DNA of 63,864 nucleotides, filler included, from Octopus bimaculoides (lineage: Eukaryota): assembly GCF_001194135.2 (NCBI RefSeq). It is 5 parts of 3 records of this genome, joined end to end, with 100 filler letters (N's around TTAATTAATTAA, not from the genome) between each part and the next. Parts side by side here need not be neighbours in the genome. Positions count along the whole stretch, not along the records: positions 26,253 to 35,841 come from NC_068990.1; positions 35,942 to 49,813 come from NC_068982.1; 3 more parts are not named here. One strand, written 5' to 3'. The translations under genes and the position numbers were made by a program. The notes beneath the pieces were generated by a model. It had not been told where the DNA came from, ran no database searches, and worked only from the letters and a program-made list of their open reading frames with translations. Positions 35,811-46,379 of the stretch are shown piece by piece. Numbering within the stretch: position 1 is the stretch's first letter; each line of letters begins with the position of its first letter.

Positions 35811-36379
35811 GACCAAGCATATAAAACAAAAACACAAACACNNNNNNNNNNNNNNNNNNNNNNNNNNNNNNNNNNNNNNNNNNNNTTAATTAATTAANNN
35901 NNNNNNNNNNNNNNNNNNNNNNNNNNNNNNNNNNNNNNNNNATATATATATATATATATATATATACATACACACACACACACATATATACATATATATA
36001 CATGCGTGGGCGTGTATGTGGGTGAGGGTGTGTGTGGGGTGTATGATGTGTGTTTGTTGTTGTGCAATATGGTAACTCTAGATAGTTATTGATTGGATAG
36101 TATATGATGAAAATGCGTTGATTAATCTTTTCGCAATGAATACGTTACTGTATTTTCCTTAATTAGGTCATCATTGGAAGGAATAAAACAACCTACACCT
36201 CATCGTCCGCAACACCAAATCCACCTGAATTTGATTAGACCAAATATGCAATCAAGAATTTGCATCACAAGGAATATATCTGTTCTCACTATATTTTTCA
36301 GCTTTCGTCGAAAAGTTATTCTGCATCTCAACTGAGGATTGCTTACTCGTTTAAGAGTTGCACCTTAAAGGTAAGAGTA

Positions 36380-37080
36380 AAACCATAGTTAAGCTTGTAT
36401 AATATATATTGTTTGCTTATTATTATTTCCTTATCCGCCTTAGGTGCAGAAAACATTCAGTGTTTGATGGCTGCTTTCGATGGCAGTGCAGCAACAAGAT
36501 TCCAAATTTACGAACCAGACGGTTATCGTTCATTTTCGGTCAACTCTTTCTTCAAGCCAAATAGCAGAACCGGAGACAGTAGAAGCAGACTTTACCTATT
36601 TATGTAGTACAATCAGTAATGACGGGAGACTGAGTGATGGGATAAATTGCAGGGTAAGCAATACCCACCCGGCATTCTGGAGTCTGTGTGAGTAACAGTG
36701 GGACAACAACAGCGAGATCGTATACTGAGCAATAGTGTTATCCATGCTGTTATGTAGATCGAAATACGGATGATATATTGCAAACAGTTATAAAAAGAAT
36801 ACATGTATTCGTGATGATATAAGAGAGATAGATCACGAACATAAGATGGAAATGCAAGGTCAGAGACACACTCCAAATACTCAACTGACAGTAGTCTAGT
36901 GGTACAAGAAATCAAAGTAAATCTTGACTCAGGTAAGAGAATAATGACTAAACATGACATGAAAGGCAGATCCCTCTATAGCAGATCGATTCACTCCTGA
37001 GAGTACGGCTACCGATATCTCATACAGAGTCATAGTCGACTGCAGCTGGACTGCAGATGTTGTTGTTGTTGTTGTTGTTG
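36380..37080 (+). mobile_element. Old RTE/BovB-like LINE RT-to-3' fragment
   Basis: ETVEADFTYLCSTISNDGRLSDGINCRVSNTHPAFWSL matches LExVxxFTYLGSTISxDG..xxEIxxRIxKAxxAFGxL; ends in (GTT)n. Confidence 0.65.
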
Positions 37081-37175
37081 AAGATGATGATGATAATGAT
37101 GACGATGATTATGATTATGATGACGACGATGACGAAAACAGACAGACAGACAGGCAGACAGACAGACAGACAGAC

Positions 37176-37227
<52 letters not shown>

Positions 37228-37237
37228 TGATATGTTT

Positions 37238-37359
37238 AGTTCTATATTTAAGAGATGAGGAATTATTTACATTATTTACATTATTTACAATTGACGACCC
37301 TCCAGCCTTCATCAGGTGTCATGGTTCACATTCCTAAGGTATTTTCGATGCTGTTGTTG

Positions 37360-37401
<42 letters not shown>

Positions 37402-37520
37402 TCGCTGCCTGGAATCGAACTCTTAACCACTACGCCACTATGCCCGTGGGCATATGGCATAGTGATTAAGACCGCGGGCTACTAACCCCAAGATTCCGAG
37501 TAAACAATGTAAATAATGTA
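37238..37520. mobile_element. Two internally deleted family H copies fused head-to-head
   Basis: The minus copy 37238-37445 has A box TGGCGTAGTGG, B box GAGTTCGATTCC and the 5' half of the HHR. The plus copy 37448-37520 has the tRNA head joined directly to the tail. The junction is TATGCCC-GT-GGGCATA. Confidence 0.8.
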
Positions 37521-37614
37521 GATAGAAATGTATATGACGGGAGGAGGGGAGGAGGAGGAGGAGGAGGAGGAGAAGAAGAAGAAGAAGAAGAAGAAGAAGA
37601 AGAAGAAGAAGAAG

Positions 37615-37646
<32 letters not shown>

Positions 37647-38324
37647 TGATGACGGTATGTTAAATAGTTAGACAAGGAACGTGAATGTATCTGTGGACGT
37701 GACGTCCAATTTTTATACGATGGATGGTTATACGCTAGAAAACTGTCAGCTACGGTCTGTTGATGGTAAATGGGGAATGTTGAAAATGAGAAAGAAATGG
37801 GAGGAGAGATACGGAAAGAGAGGACGCTTCGCTAAATATTTTGAACGTTATCATTATTTTCATTTTTGTTTATTATTATGATGTATTCGCGTTATTTTTG
37901 TGACAGTTTGTGTTGTCCTTGTGGCAAATAAAGAATTCCTTATTGATGCTGTTGTTTAAATATCGTTGTTGCTTTGAAAAGAAAAGCACTAGTGGAATCC
38001 ACACTAGTTTTATATTAGTATAATTATTTCGAAAATTCTTTTTAACTTTTCCTATGAAATCCTAAAGCATTGGTAGGGTGTCATAGTCGATTAGATCAAT
38101 TCTAACACTTGACTGGAGTTGAATTTTATAGAACACCCCGAAGGATGAAACGAAGTGACGACCTCGGTGAAATTTAAATTCAAATCGTTAAGGGACGATA
38201 CCAAATATTACAAGGCATTTTAAATTAATTCATGGTAAACGCACATATTTGACACTCGCTTGGGTCACTTAGCTATAGATAGATACCGTAAGGCATTTTC
38301 CGGTATAAGTAGTAGGAATATTAT

Positions 38325-38735
38325 AAGATTGATTTCAAATTTTGGCACAAGGCCAGCAATTCTGAGGAGGGGACTTGTTGATTACATCAGCCCCAGTACT
38401 CAACTGGCACTTGTTTTATCGCTCCCGAAAAGATAAAAGGCGAAGTCGACTTCGACGGCATTCGAACTCAGATTGTGAAGACGAAGTTAGGGTTAGGGTG
38501 CTAACGATTCTACCAGCTCACCGCTTTGGAATATTCTGTTTGTTTTCTTTTTACTCTAGGCACAAGGACCAAAATTTTATGGGAGGGGGCCAGTTGATTA
38601 GATCGATCTCAGTACGCAACTGGTACTTAATTTATCGACCCCGAAAGGATCAAAGGCAAAGTCGACCTCGGCAGAATTTGAACTCAGAACGTAAAGTCAG
38701 ACGAAATACCAGCGTCCTAACGTTTCTGCCGGCTA
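38325..38735 (-). mobile_element. Two tandem SINE A copies
   Basis: Two successive GGCACAAGG...AAAGTCGAC...GAACTCAGA units. Confidence 0.85.
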
Positions 38736-38754
38736 TTTGGAAAATAGGATGTTG

Positions 38755-39132
38755 TTGGCACTCCGTCGCTTACGACGTCGAGGGTTCCAGTTGATCCGAT
38801 CAACGGAACAGCCTGCTCGTGAAATTAACGTGAAAGTGGCTGAGCACTCCACAGACACGTGTACCCTTAACGTAGTTCTCGGGGATATTCAGCGTGACAC
38901 AGTGTGACAAGGCTAGCCCTTTGAAATACAGGAACAACAGAAACAGGAAGAAAGAGTGAGAGAAAGTTGTGGTGAAAGAGTACAGCAGGGTTCGCCACCA
39001 CCCCCTGCCGGAGCCACGTGGAGCTTTAGGTGTTTTCGCTCAATAAACAGTCACAACGCCCGGTCTGGGAATCGAAACCGCGATCCTATGACCGCGAGTC
39101 CGCTGCCCTAACCACTGGGCCATTGCGCCTCC
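38755..39132 (-). mobile_element. SINE family C, full length
   Basis: TTGGCACTCCGTCG tail to CCATTGCGCCTCC head. Confidence 0.95.
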
Positions 39133-39224
39133 TGGAAAATAGGTAATGAGTGTATATGCACATTTCAGAAGTTATTGCTCCTGCTTCAGCACCACATCCA
39201 ACCCCACCGCCTTGGAATATTATA

Positions 39225-39420
39225 ATATTGATTTCAAATTTTGGGGAAGGGTGTAAGTCGAATTCATCGACTCCAGTGTTCAACTGGTACTTTTTTTATC
39301 GACCGAAAGGATAAAAGGTGAAGTCGACCTCGACGGAATTTGAACTCAAGGCGTTAGGACAGATAAAATGCCGCAAAGCTTTTTCGCCTGACGTGCTAAT
39401 GGTTCTGCCAGCTCACCGTC
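39225..39420 (-). mobile_element. SINE family A
   Basis: ATCGACTCCAGTGTTCAACTGGTAC...GTCGACCTCGACGGAATTTGAACTCA...CTGCCAGCTCACCG. Confidence 0.85.
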
Positions 39421-40714
39421 TCTGGAGTATCGTAATACTAACGGGTGTCTCTATCAATAAACGTATTATGAATTTATGTCCGACCTTCAAGCCGGAAAAA
39501 GCACAAGAAATTGATCTTCATTCATGGCCATATTTTGTTAAAACATCACTGCATCCAGTGATATAACTGAATATTTTTTAATGTGACTGTCCACCTCTAA
39601 AATAGAAGGCACGTGACAAGGGTGTACTAACAATGGAGGAGAATCTAAAAAATACTTGAAGTTGCGATTATTCTAAATTCTTGGTCACGTGCTTACTAAT
39701 GTTGACTTCGATGCAAAAAATCGTCTTCAGCATAAATATAAGCGTATTCGATCAGAAAATCAGCAACGGAGTCTCCATTTTCATGAAACTAGTTAATTAA
39801 GAGATCAAGCTAACGGAGGTCAACCCTCTACAAGCTATACTCACACTCTACGCTAATAAACTACTCGTCAATTTCACAGTGTTGATGCTGATGAGTGAAA
39901 CATCCTACTCCTCTGAATGACCTATTTTTTCAATAAGATCGAAAGCTTACTTCATACTTAAATGCTCTGACCACTAAAACATTGTAATGCAGCAGATAGA
40001 ATACGAACCACTGATATCTCGGTTGGTTGTCAGTTACCTTATTTGTACGGTTATAAACGCTCTCCCAAAACATTTACATACACGTAATAGATTACATCAA
40101 TCACCCCAGTCAATCATACCTTTTTTACTACTGAATGCGAGTCCTGAATTTGATTGTAGACTACGTGTGACGGCTAATGTGCCACAGCCTAACATCCAAC
40201 TCTAAACATTCATTACGCAAGAGATAAGCGTAGCCTGACGGATATCGTATTCGTTGGCTGTCTTCACCGCCGTTAGTGTCATTCACTGTCAAATCGTATA
40301 GAAAATCCTTACAAATTTTATGTCATCCCGTAACATTGATTTTACGAAGATTTTCGTCGTGGCTCATGGATTTTAGTTCTTTCTCTTTTTCTTCGCTTTT
40401 TTTTTTTTTTGCCTCCTTTTCTTTTCTTCTTCAGTTTGTCATTACATTTCTCTTCTGCTCAGGAATCTATGCTTTGCTCCGTATGACAGGTTAAAATGAG
40501 AGGATAGACCGATAGATAGATAGATAGATAGATAGATCAGTGAATGGATGATGGGTGAAGAGCTGGATACGTAATTCGGAAAGATAATGAAGAACGAGGA
40601 AAGAGTAAATCAATTGATAAAATGGAGTTCGGTAACAAAACAGCTCAAGTTCTACAGGCTGGTGTTAACAATGTATAAAGTAAATATAAAATTAACAAGA
40701 ATATTTTTTTTCTC

Positions 40715-41460
40715 AAATTTTGACAGGAGTTTAGCAATTTCAGAAGTGGACAAAGTGAACCACTAGTCACTGCTTCACTAGTACATTATTTTATCGACCC
40801 TGGAGGATTAAAAGGTGAAGTAAGTCGAACCCAGCATGGTTTGAGTTCAGAGGCGGTATGAATGTCGCAAGGTATTTCGTCCGATTCTCTAATGATTCTA
40901 ACAGTGCGCCACCCTTAAGTAAGGATAATAATCTTTTCTGTCATAGGTATAAGGCCTAAAATTTTGAGAGAGCGGAGATAGTTGATTATATTGATCACAG
41001 TGCTGAAGTGGTACTTTATTTCATCCAACCCGAAATGATGAAAGGCAAAGTGATAGTTTCAAATTTTAGCACAGTACCAGCAATTTCAGGGACTGGGGAA
41101 GCCTATTACATCAATTCCAGTGCTGAAATGTTATTTATTTTATCGACCCGCGAAAGGATGAAACGCAAATCGACCTCAGTGGCATTTTAACTCAGAACAT
41201 AAAGACGGACAAAATGTCGCTAAATATTTTTTCCGGCGTGCTAACAACTCTGCCAAATTGCCGTCCTTAGAAAATTATTTTTACTATAGGCACAAGGTTT
41301 GAAATTTTGTGGGAAGGAGGCTAGTCGACTACATCGATCCCAGTGATCTACAGGTACTTATTCTATCGACCCTGAAAACATAGAAGACAAAGTCGACCTC
41401 AACGGATCTTGAACTCAAAATGTAAAGACAGACGATAAGCATTCTACCAGCTCGCTGCTT
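40715..41460 (-). mobile_element. Head-to-tail array of about 4 degenerate SINE A copies
   Basis: Repeated TTTATCGACCC..AAAGG..AAAG..AAAGTCGAC modules near 40790, 41020, 41140 and 41360. Confidence 0.8.
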
Positions 41461-41589
41461 CAATAATAATAATACTGGTTTCGCACAAACAATGAAAGCA
41501 ATAACAATTAGCAAGAAAACTTTGACAAAATTCTCCAAAAGGAGGAAACACTACTCAAAATATCGAAAGAATCTCACAGATCGAATGGC

Positions 41590-42930
41590 TCTGATCTGAA
41601 AAAGTACTATCGCTAGGGCTCCTCTCTCTTCAATAATTTCTAGCCTACAGACGCATTGTTAGAGTAGGTCCTCGCTACAATTCACCCACTATATTCTCTA
41701 CGTTCGTTCACCTTTTTACAGTTCTACAGCGAGCGGGGGTGGCAGTACCTCTCCTTCATCTCAGCCATCCTTTCCAAATAGAATCTGAAAATGTCGATGA
41801 GGTCTTGACCAAAAATGAAAGTGTTTTCATTCTTTCCAATCTCACCCAGCACACAAGTTCTTTCGCCATAGCTACCAGACAAGGAAAACCATCTGCTCTT
41901 ACCAGTCGTAGAATGGCAACAGTGTGATCTTCACGATACAGACGGCTTATAGCCGATTACGCACTGCATGTGATAGCAGGTGTTCGGCGTAAATCAACAA
42001 CTCAGTAATGCTCAAGCACTGTACTAGAGCGTGGAAGACGGTTTCGACATGTTGTGCGCATCTTGGGCAGGCGCGACTCCCAGCACTACCAAACCTGTAG
42101 AGTTAATTCCGGACCTCAATTCTCATTCCATTCCTCGGTAATACTGCAAGGCCAAGGATTTCTGGTCGATTATTCTTGGGCCTCTACCCGAAAGCCCTTT
42201 AGTAAAGACTCGTCAGTTGATTTTCATTGGCACCCAGGCCTTACCCGAGGATGTTGTCGCTCTTACCCACAGTTAATCCGCTACAGAACGTCATGGTGGA
42301 ATATCGACTGACTGCATTTTTCGAAAGGCAGCTCGTCTAGCGGCACTCAAGGAGCCAGGCGCTTTGTCTAGGTCTACACTTGATCTAGAACTACAGCTCT
42401 TTCAAAGAGACGAGTTGTGGAAAACTGCATTTGGCAAACTACGACCACACCCGCTCACTGTCAAGGAAACGCTAGATATGTCGAAACCTCACTGCAAGTC
42501 TGCACATCATTAGCAATGGCATATCTGGCAGCAAATGGATAGCCTGACCAATGGAACACGATCCCTCCCAAAAAAGAGAAAGAGCAAGTGCTTCATTCTG
42601 GTCAACCATGAAGACGAGGCTAGGCACGACGGTCAGATGGTGGTTAATGACGAATGCGATATAGGCATTTGCCTCCTCCGCCTGACCCTTAGGAGAGTGT
42701 TTCTTCTCAGCCCATTTTTGGATTAGACTAGTCACCCTGCTTATCACTTATTTTCCACTTGGATATCTGCACCAAACCAAACTCTGAGCATTTTAACCGG
42801 TCGGTCCGCCTAGCGCCCCACGACATTGTCGTATGGCATTGACCTGCTACTCAAGGTGCAAAACTGCAGGTCCAACGACTACTACAGGTTAATTTTTTTC
42901 TCCCGTCACCGATCATTACTCCTTTAGAGC
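41590..42930 (+). mobile_element. Possible very degenerate Gypsy-type gag/protease relic
   Basis: Weak motifs RFRHVVRIL, FILVN...NDECDIGICLLRLTLRRVF and YGIDLL resemble Gypsy gag-protease (TKFYHVV, LTLxLGLRRxF, ILGADFL); many stops. Confidence 0.3.
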
Positions 42931-43029
42931 AGTGCCGATCACCTCGATCTGCTTGATGTTTGATGCTCTTGCAGTAACTCATCAGAATATGCAAACATGG
43001 ATGTTTCACATTCTAGTTCTCGTGGTATG

Positions 43030-43350
43030 GCCCCCAAACTTTCAACTTTTCCGACAGGTAACCGTTTACTCTGACCACCAAGCAAGTGTTACTATACATT
43101 TCAGTGATCCATTTCTGAAGATAAGACCAAATCCAACCCCTTTAAGGACGGTTGCCAAATATTGTCAGTCAACCTTAACGAAAGCTTTCGATTTATTTAA
43201 ATTGATCAGAGGTCCCAACCATATCAGTTTCTTTACTTATCATTCCTATGACGTATCGCGTGAAGCAGTCATTGTCATGGATAGAGCTATTTGGTATGGT
43301 ACATGTCAGTGCATCACAGACAAAACCATCAATGACAATATGTAAAAGAT
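43030..43350 (-). mobile_element. Tx1/L1-group LINE RT fragment
   Basis: IVIDGFVCDALTCTIPNSSIHDN...SKAFVKVD*QYLATVLKGVGFG...WITEMYS...VVRVNGYLSE matches QTCAIPGRSIHDN...DQSKAFDRVDH. Confidence 0.8.
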
Positions 43351-43399
43351 GCATCGCTGGTTTCAGTAGAGTTGCAGATTACTCAAGAAACACATCCTC

Positions 43400-43985
43400 A
43401 TAAACAAATATCTTCTATTTTGTTCAACATCACTATGATAACAAATACTCCTTTCATTGTCTTTGAAAGTGCAACGTAGTTGCCCAGAAGTAAATATTTC
43501 GTGCCTGACATATAATCCAAACATTCGTGTATCTGCCCCTGAGGTTTGTTGACAGGCATTGCAAAAGCGAATCATAATGGTAGTTGCCGACATTGGAATG
43601 AAAATGACAATGGTTCACAGGTTAGTACCAACTTAATCCTGGAGATAATGACATGATTATCCAATATATTTTTTCATCAACGTTATTGAAAAATATGTCA
43701 CTCGGTCATCATCGGTGAGATCATTTTGAGTATTTAGATTCCGAAAGACAATGACAATGCACCCAATTTTAAGGCAGTGTTTATGAGATGGTAGCCCACC
43801 AATAGTTATGTTTTTTAGAAAGTCTGGGGGGAACAAACGCAGTGTGTTCATCATCGTCTGCCAAAGTGTCCAAGTTATAATACTCGTGTTCCTCTCCATG
43901 CACAAAATGTCATATTTGCTTTGATTGCAAACATTGCCGACATTTTTGCAATCCACAAACTATTTTGATCACCAAAGGCATGGTA
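43400..43985 (-). mobile_element. Helitron RepHel PIF1-family helicase C-terminal fragment (pseudogene)
   Basis: FPPDFLKNITIGGLPSHKHCLKIGCIVIVFRNLN...HVIISRIKL...FQCRQLPL*FAFAMPVNKPQGQ...IFTSGQL corresponds to helicase motifs IV-VI. Confidence 0.9.
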
Positions 43986-43987
43986 TA

Positions 43988-44520
43988 CGAGGGTCGGCTG
44001 AAATGTCCAAAGCCTGATGAAGATATTCTCATGGACTGTGAGCGAAAGAAGTTTATTTTTCAACATAGTCCCCTTTGCAGTCCACACACTTCTTCCACCA
44101 GTGTTGTTTTCATCCTGTTGGTAAAAAAACATCAGACAGCAGACATGACGCCATACTACGATACCGGTTCCCAGTCAAACGTTTTTTCATGCTGGGGAAC
44201 AGATGATATTCAGATGGAGCCAAATCAGGAGAATAGGGAGGCTGATGAAACAAATTCAAAGCTACAATCTCACACAGTAGCCATTAAAACCAAAGACATG
44301 TGTGCTGGAGCATTGTCCCTATAAAACAAAACACCTTTTGTCAGTTTTCCTGGGTGTTTGTTCTTGGCAGCCTTTCGTAACTGACTCGGGAAGTTGGCAT
44401 AGTACTCTCCATTGATGGTATGGCCTTTTTGTGGCTATTCAATAAACAAAATGCTTTTAGCATCCAAAGAAATTGAGACCATTACCTTCCCTGCAGATGA
44501 AACGACCTTCATACACTTAA
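43988..44520 (-). mobile_element. Mariner transposon 3' part (DD34D transposase pseudogene plus TIR)
   Basis: SAGKVMVSISLDAKSILFIE*PQKGHTINGEYYAN...KGVLFYRDNAPAH...PPYSPDLAPSEYHLFPSMKK...KCVDCKGDYVEK* (stop 44053-55); TA followed by TIR CGAGGGTCGGCTGAAA at 43986-44003. Confidence 0.93.
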
Positions 44521-44699
44521 CGAAAAAAAGAATAGTTAGTCCTCTTTTTACGAAAATAATTAGGTAGGTTTTTTTACCAAGATTTCAAATAAGAATTAGC
44601 AGTAGCTGTTGGATTTTAAAATATCAAATTCGAAGTCAGCATAAAAGATTGTACAGCAATCGAGCTGGCTACATCAATTTCAGAGTTAGAGCCATCCCC

Positions 44700-46376
44700 A
44701 CTAAAATACAAAAGCACTACAGCCAATGGATCTTAAGTAGTCTCAGCTCAGATATTTTTACTAAACTTAAGAGGATTGTTACAACTCAGAAACGGAACCA
44801 AATTTCCCTACCTGATAGGAAATCTTTAAGCTTTTATGCCAAAGTAACTGCTTCCATTCATTGCAAAATAGGGCCACAGCTCCAAAAAGATGATTCTTCG
44901 TGAGAAACAAATGAGGAAAAGTGAACCACTGAATAAACAACTCAAGAGTATTTTCCTCTCACCCTTATGGCACATGAAACTCAGCAAATCTGCAGAATTC
45001 TTTATCAATACAGATGTAAAAAGAAAGACAGTAACAATTGATTACATCAACTTCAAAGAAGAGGATGTAAACGCAAACTCAGCTGTTCGCCCTGATGGAT
45101 TCCCAGCAGTCCTTCTCAAATTATGCAAACGAGTCTTTGCACAACCACTGCAGCTTCTTTCTAAGATAAAGTCGACCATGGTATGTTACAGGCTGCGTAA
45201 TCTCGGCATTGTCAGAAAACTTGCTGAGTGGTTATTCGATTTTCTAAAGAAAGAAATCAGGTAGTGGTGGCCAACAAGGCTACCTCCAAGAAAATGCAAA
45301 TGATGAACGGTGTCCTACAGGGCACTATCTTGAGACCACTGCTATACATAGCGGCCCTCTCAGACATGCCCTCAGCTACTCAGACAGTGACACATACTAT
45401 GCAGATGATGCAAAAGTCTTTTAGAAGATACAGAACCCTGGAGATGTTGCACACCAGCAACAGGAGTTGGACACAATATACAGGTGGGCTGAGGAAAATA
45501 ACACAGTTTAAATTCCAAGCGCTGCACTACCAACACACGAATCTCAATGAAAAGCAGACAGGATACACTGGCTCACGGTGGATTGTAATCCTTGAATCAA
45601 AATCAGTGCGCGACCTTAGCGTTGAGATGAGTAATGATGTATCTTTCTAGGTGCATATTATTGAGTTGGCAATAAAAAAACGCAAGCAGCTGACCGGATG
45701 GTTCCTCAGAACTTTCAGAACGAGAAAACAAGAAATCGTGATGCTCCTCTGAGGGACATTTGTCCTCAGCCATTTAGACTATTACCCACCAACTATGGTC
45801 ACCTCACAGTGTAAAATTAGTGGCGGAATTCGAAGCAAGCCAGCGAAGCTACCCTAAAAAGATCGTCTCAATGCGACATATCAGCTACAAGTGGCTGGAA
45901 AAAGATATGACTCTACTCCCCAGCACGACGGCGGGAGTGATATGCAGTGTTGGACATCTGGAAAATCTTAGAAAGACTTGTACCAAACTTAGGTATTGAA
46001 AGTTACATAGACAGCAGAACGGGGCGCCACTGCGTCGTGATCCCAATATCGCCATCAAGATACAGGACCACATACTCTAAGAACTTGGGTTTCAAGGGCC
46101 CACAGCTCTTCATCATCTTCCCAAATTACATAGAGTGGATATGGGTATCTTCAAAACAAAACTGGATCTTCTCCTGACAAGATCTCCAGATAAACCTACT
46201 TCGCGACAGGAAACGCAGATGAGGGCAGCAATATCAAACACCCTCATTCACTAAATGCCATATATCAGAGAAGGTTTCAAATAGTGAAAATATAAATGGA
46301 GCAAAGCTAACGGCTGTGCTCCTGCATGACCGCAGCTCTCGGGCTGAAACTGGTAAAAGTGAAAAAGTGTAAAAGT
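44700..46376 (+). mobile_element. CR1/L2-group LINE, internally deleted RT plus 3' UTR
   Basis: NSAVRPDGFPAVLLKLCKRVFAQPL / LRNLGIVRKLAEWLFDFLK / NGVLQGTILRPLL / IWKILERLVPNLGIESY / LGFKGPQLF; A-rich tail. Confidence 0.9.
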
Positions 46377-46379
46377 TGA

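Noticed and set aside
39060-39132. tRNA-like sequences (heads of SINE families A, B, C, G, H)
   Set aside because: They have A/B boxes but incomplete cloverleaves and continue into SINE bodies; they are not tRNA genes.
39883-39904. GATG-CTGATGA-GT-GAAA-CATC hammerhead-like string (similar at 51163)
   Set aside because: No stem II can form between the core halves.
44014-44050. CTGATGA...GAAA in the mariner 3' end
   Set aside because: Stem II is mis-registered and stems I/III are absent; a coincidental match in transposon sequence.
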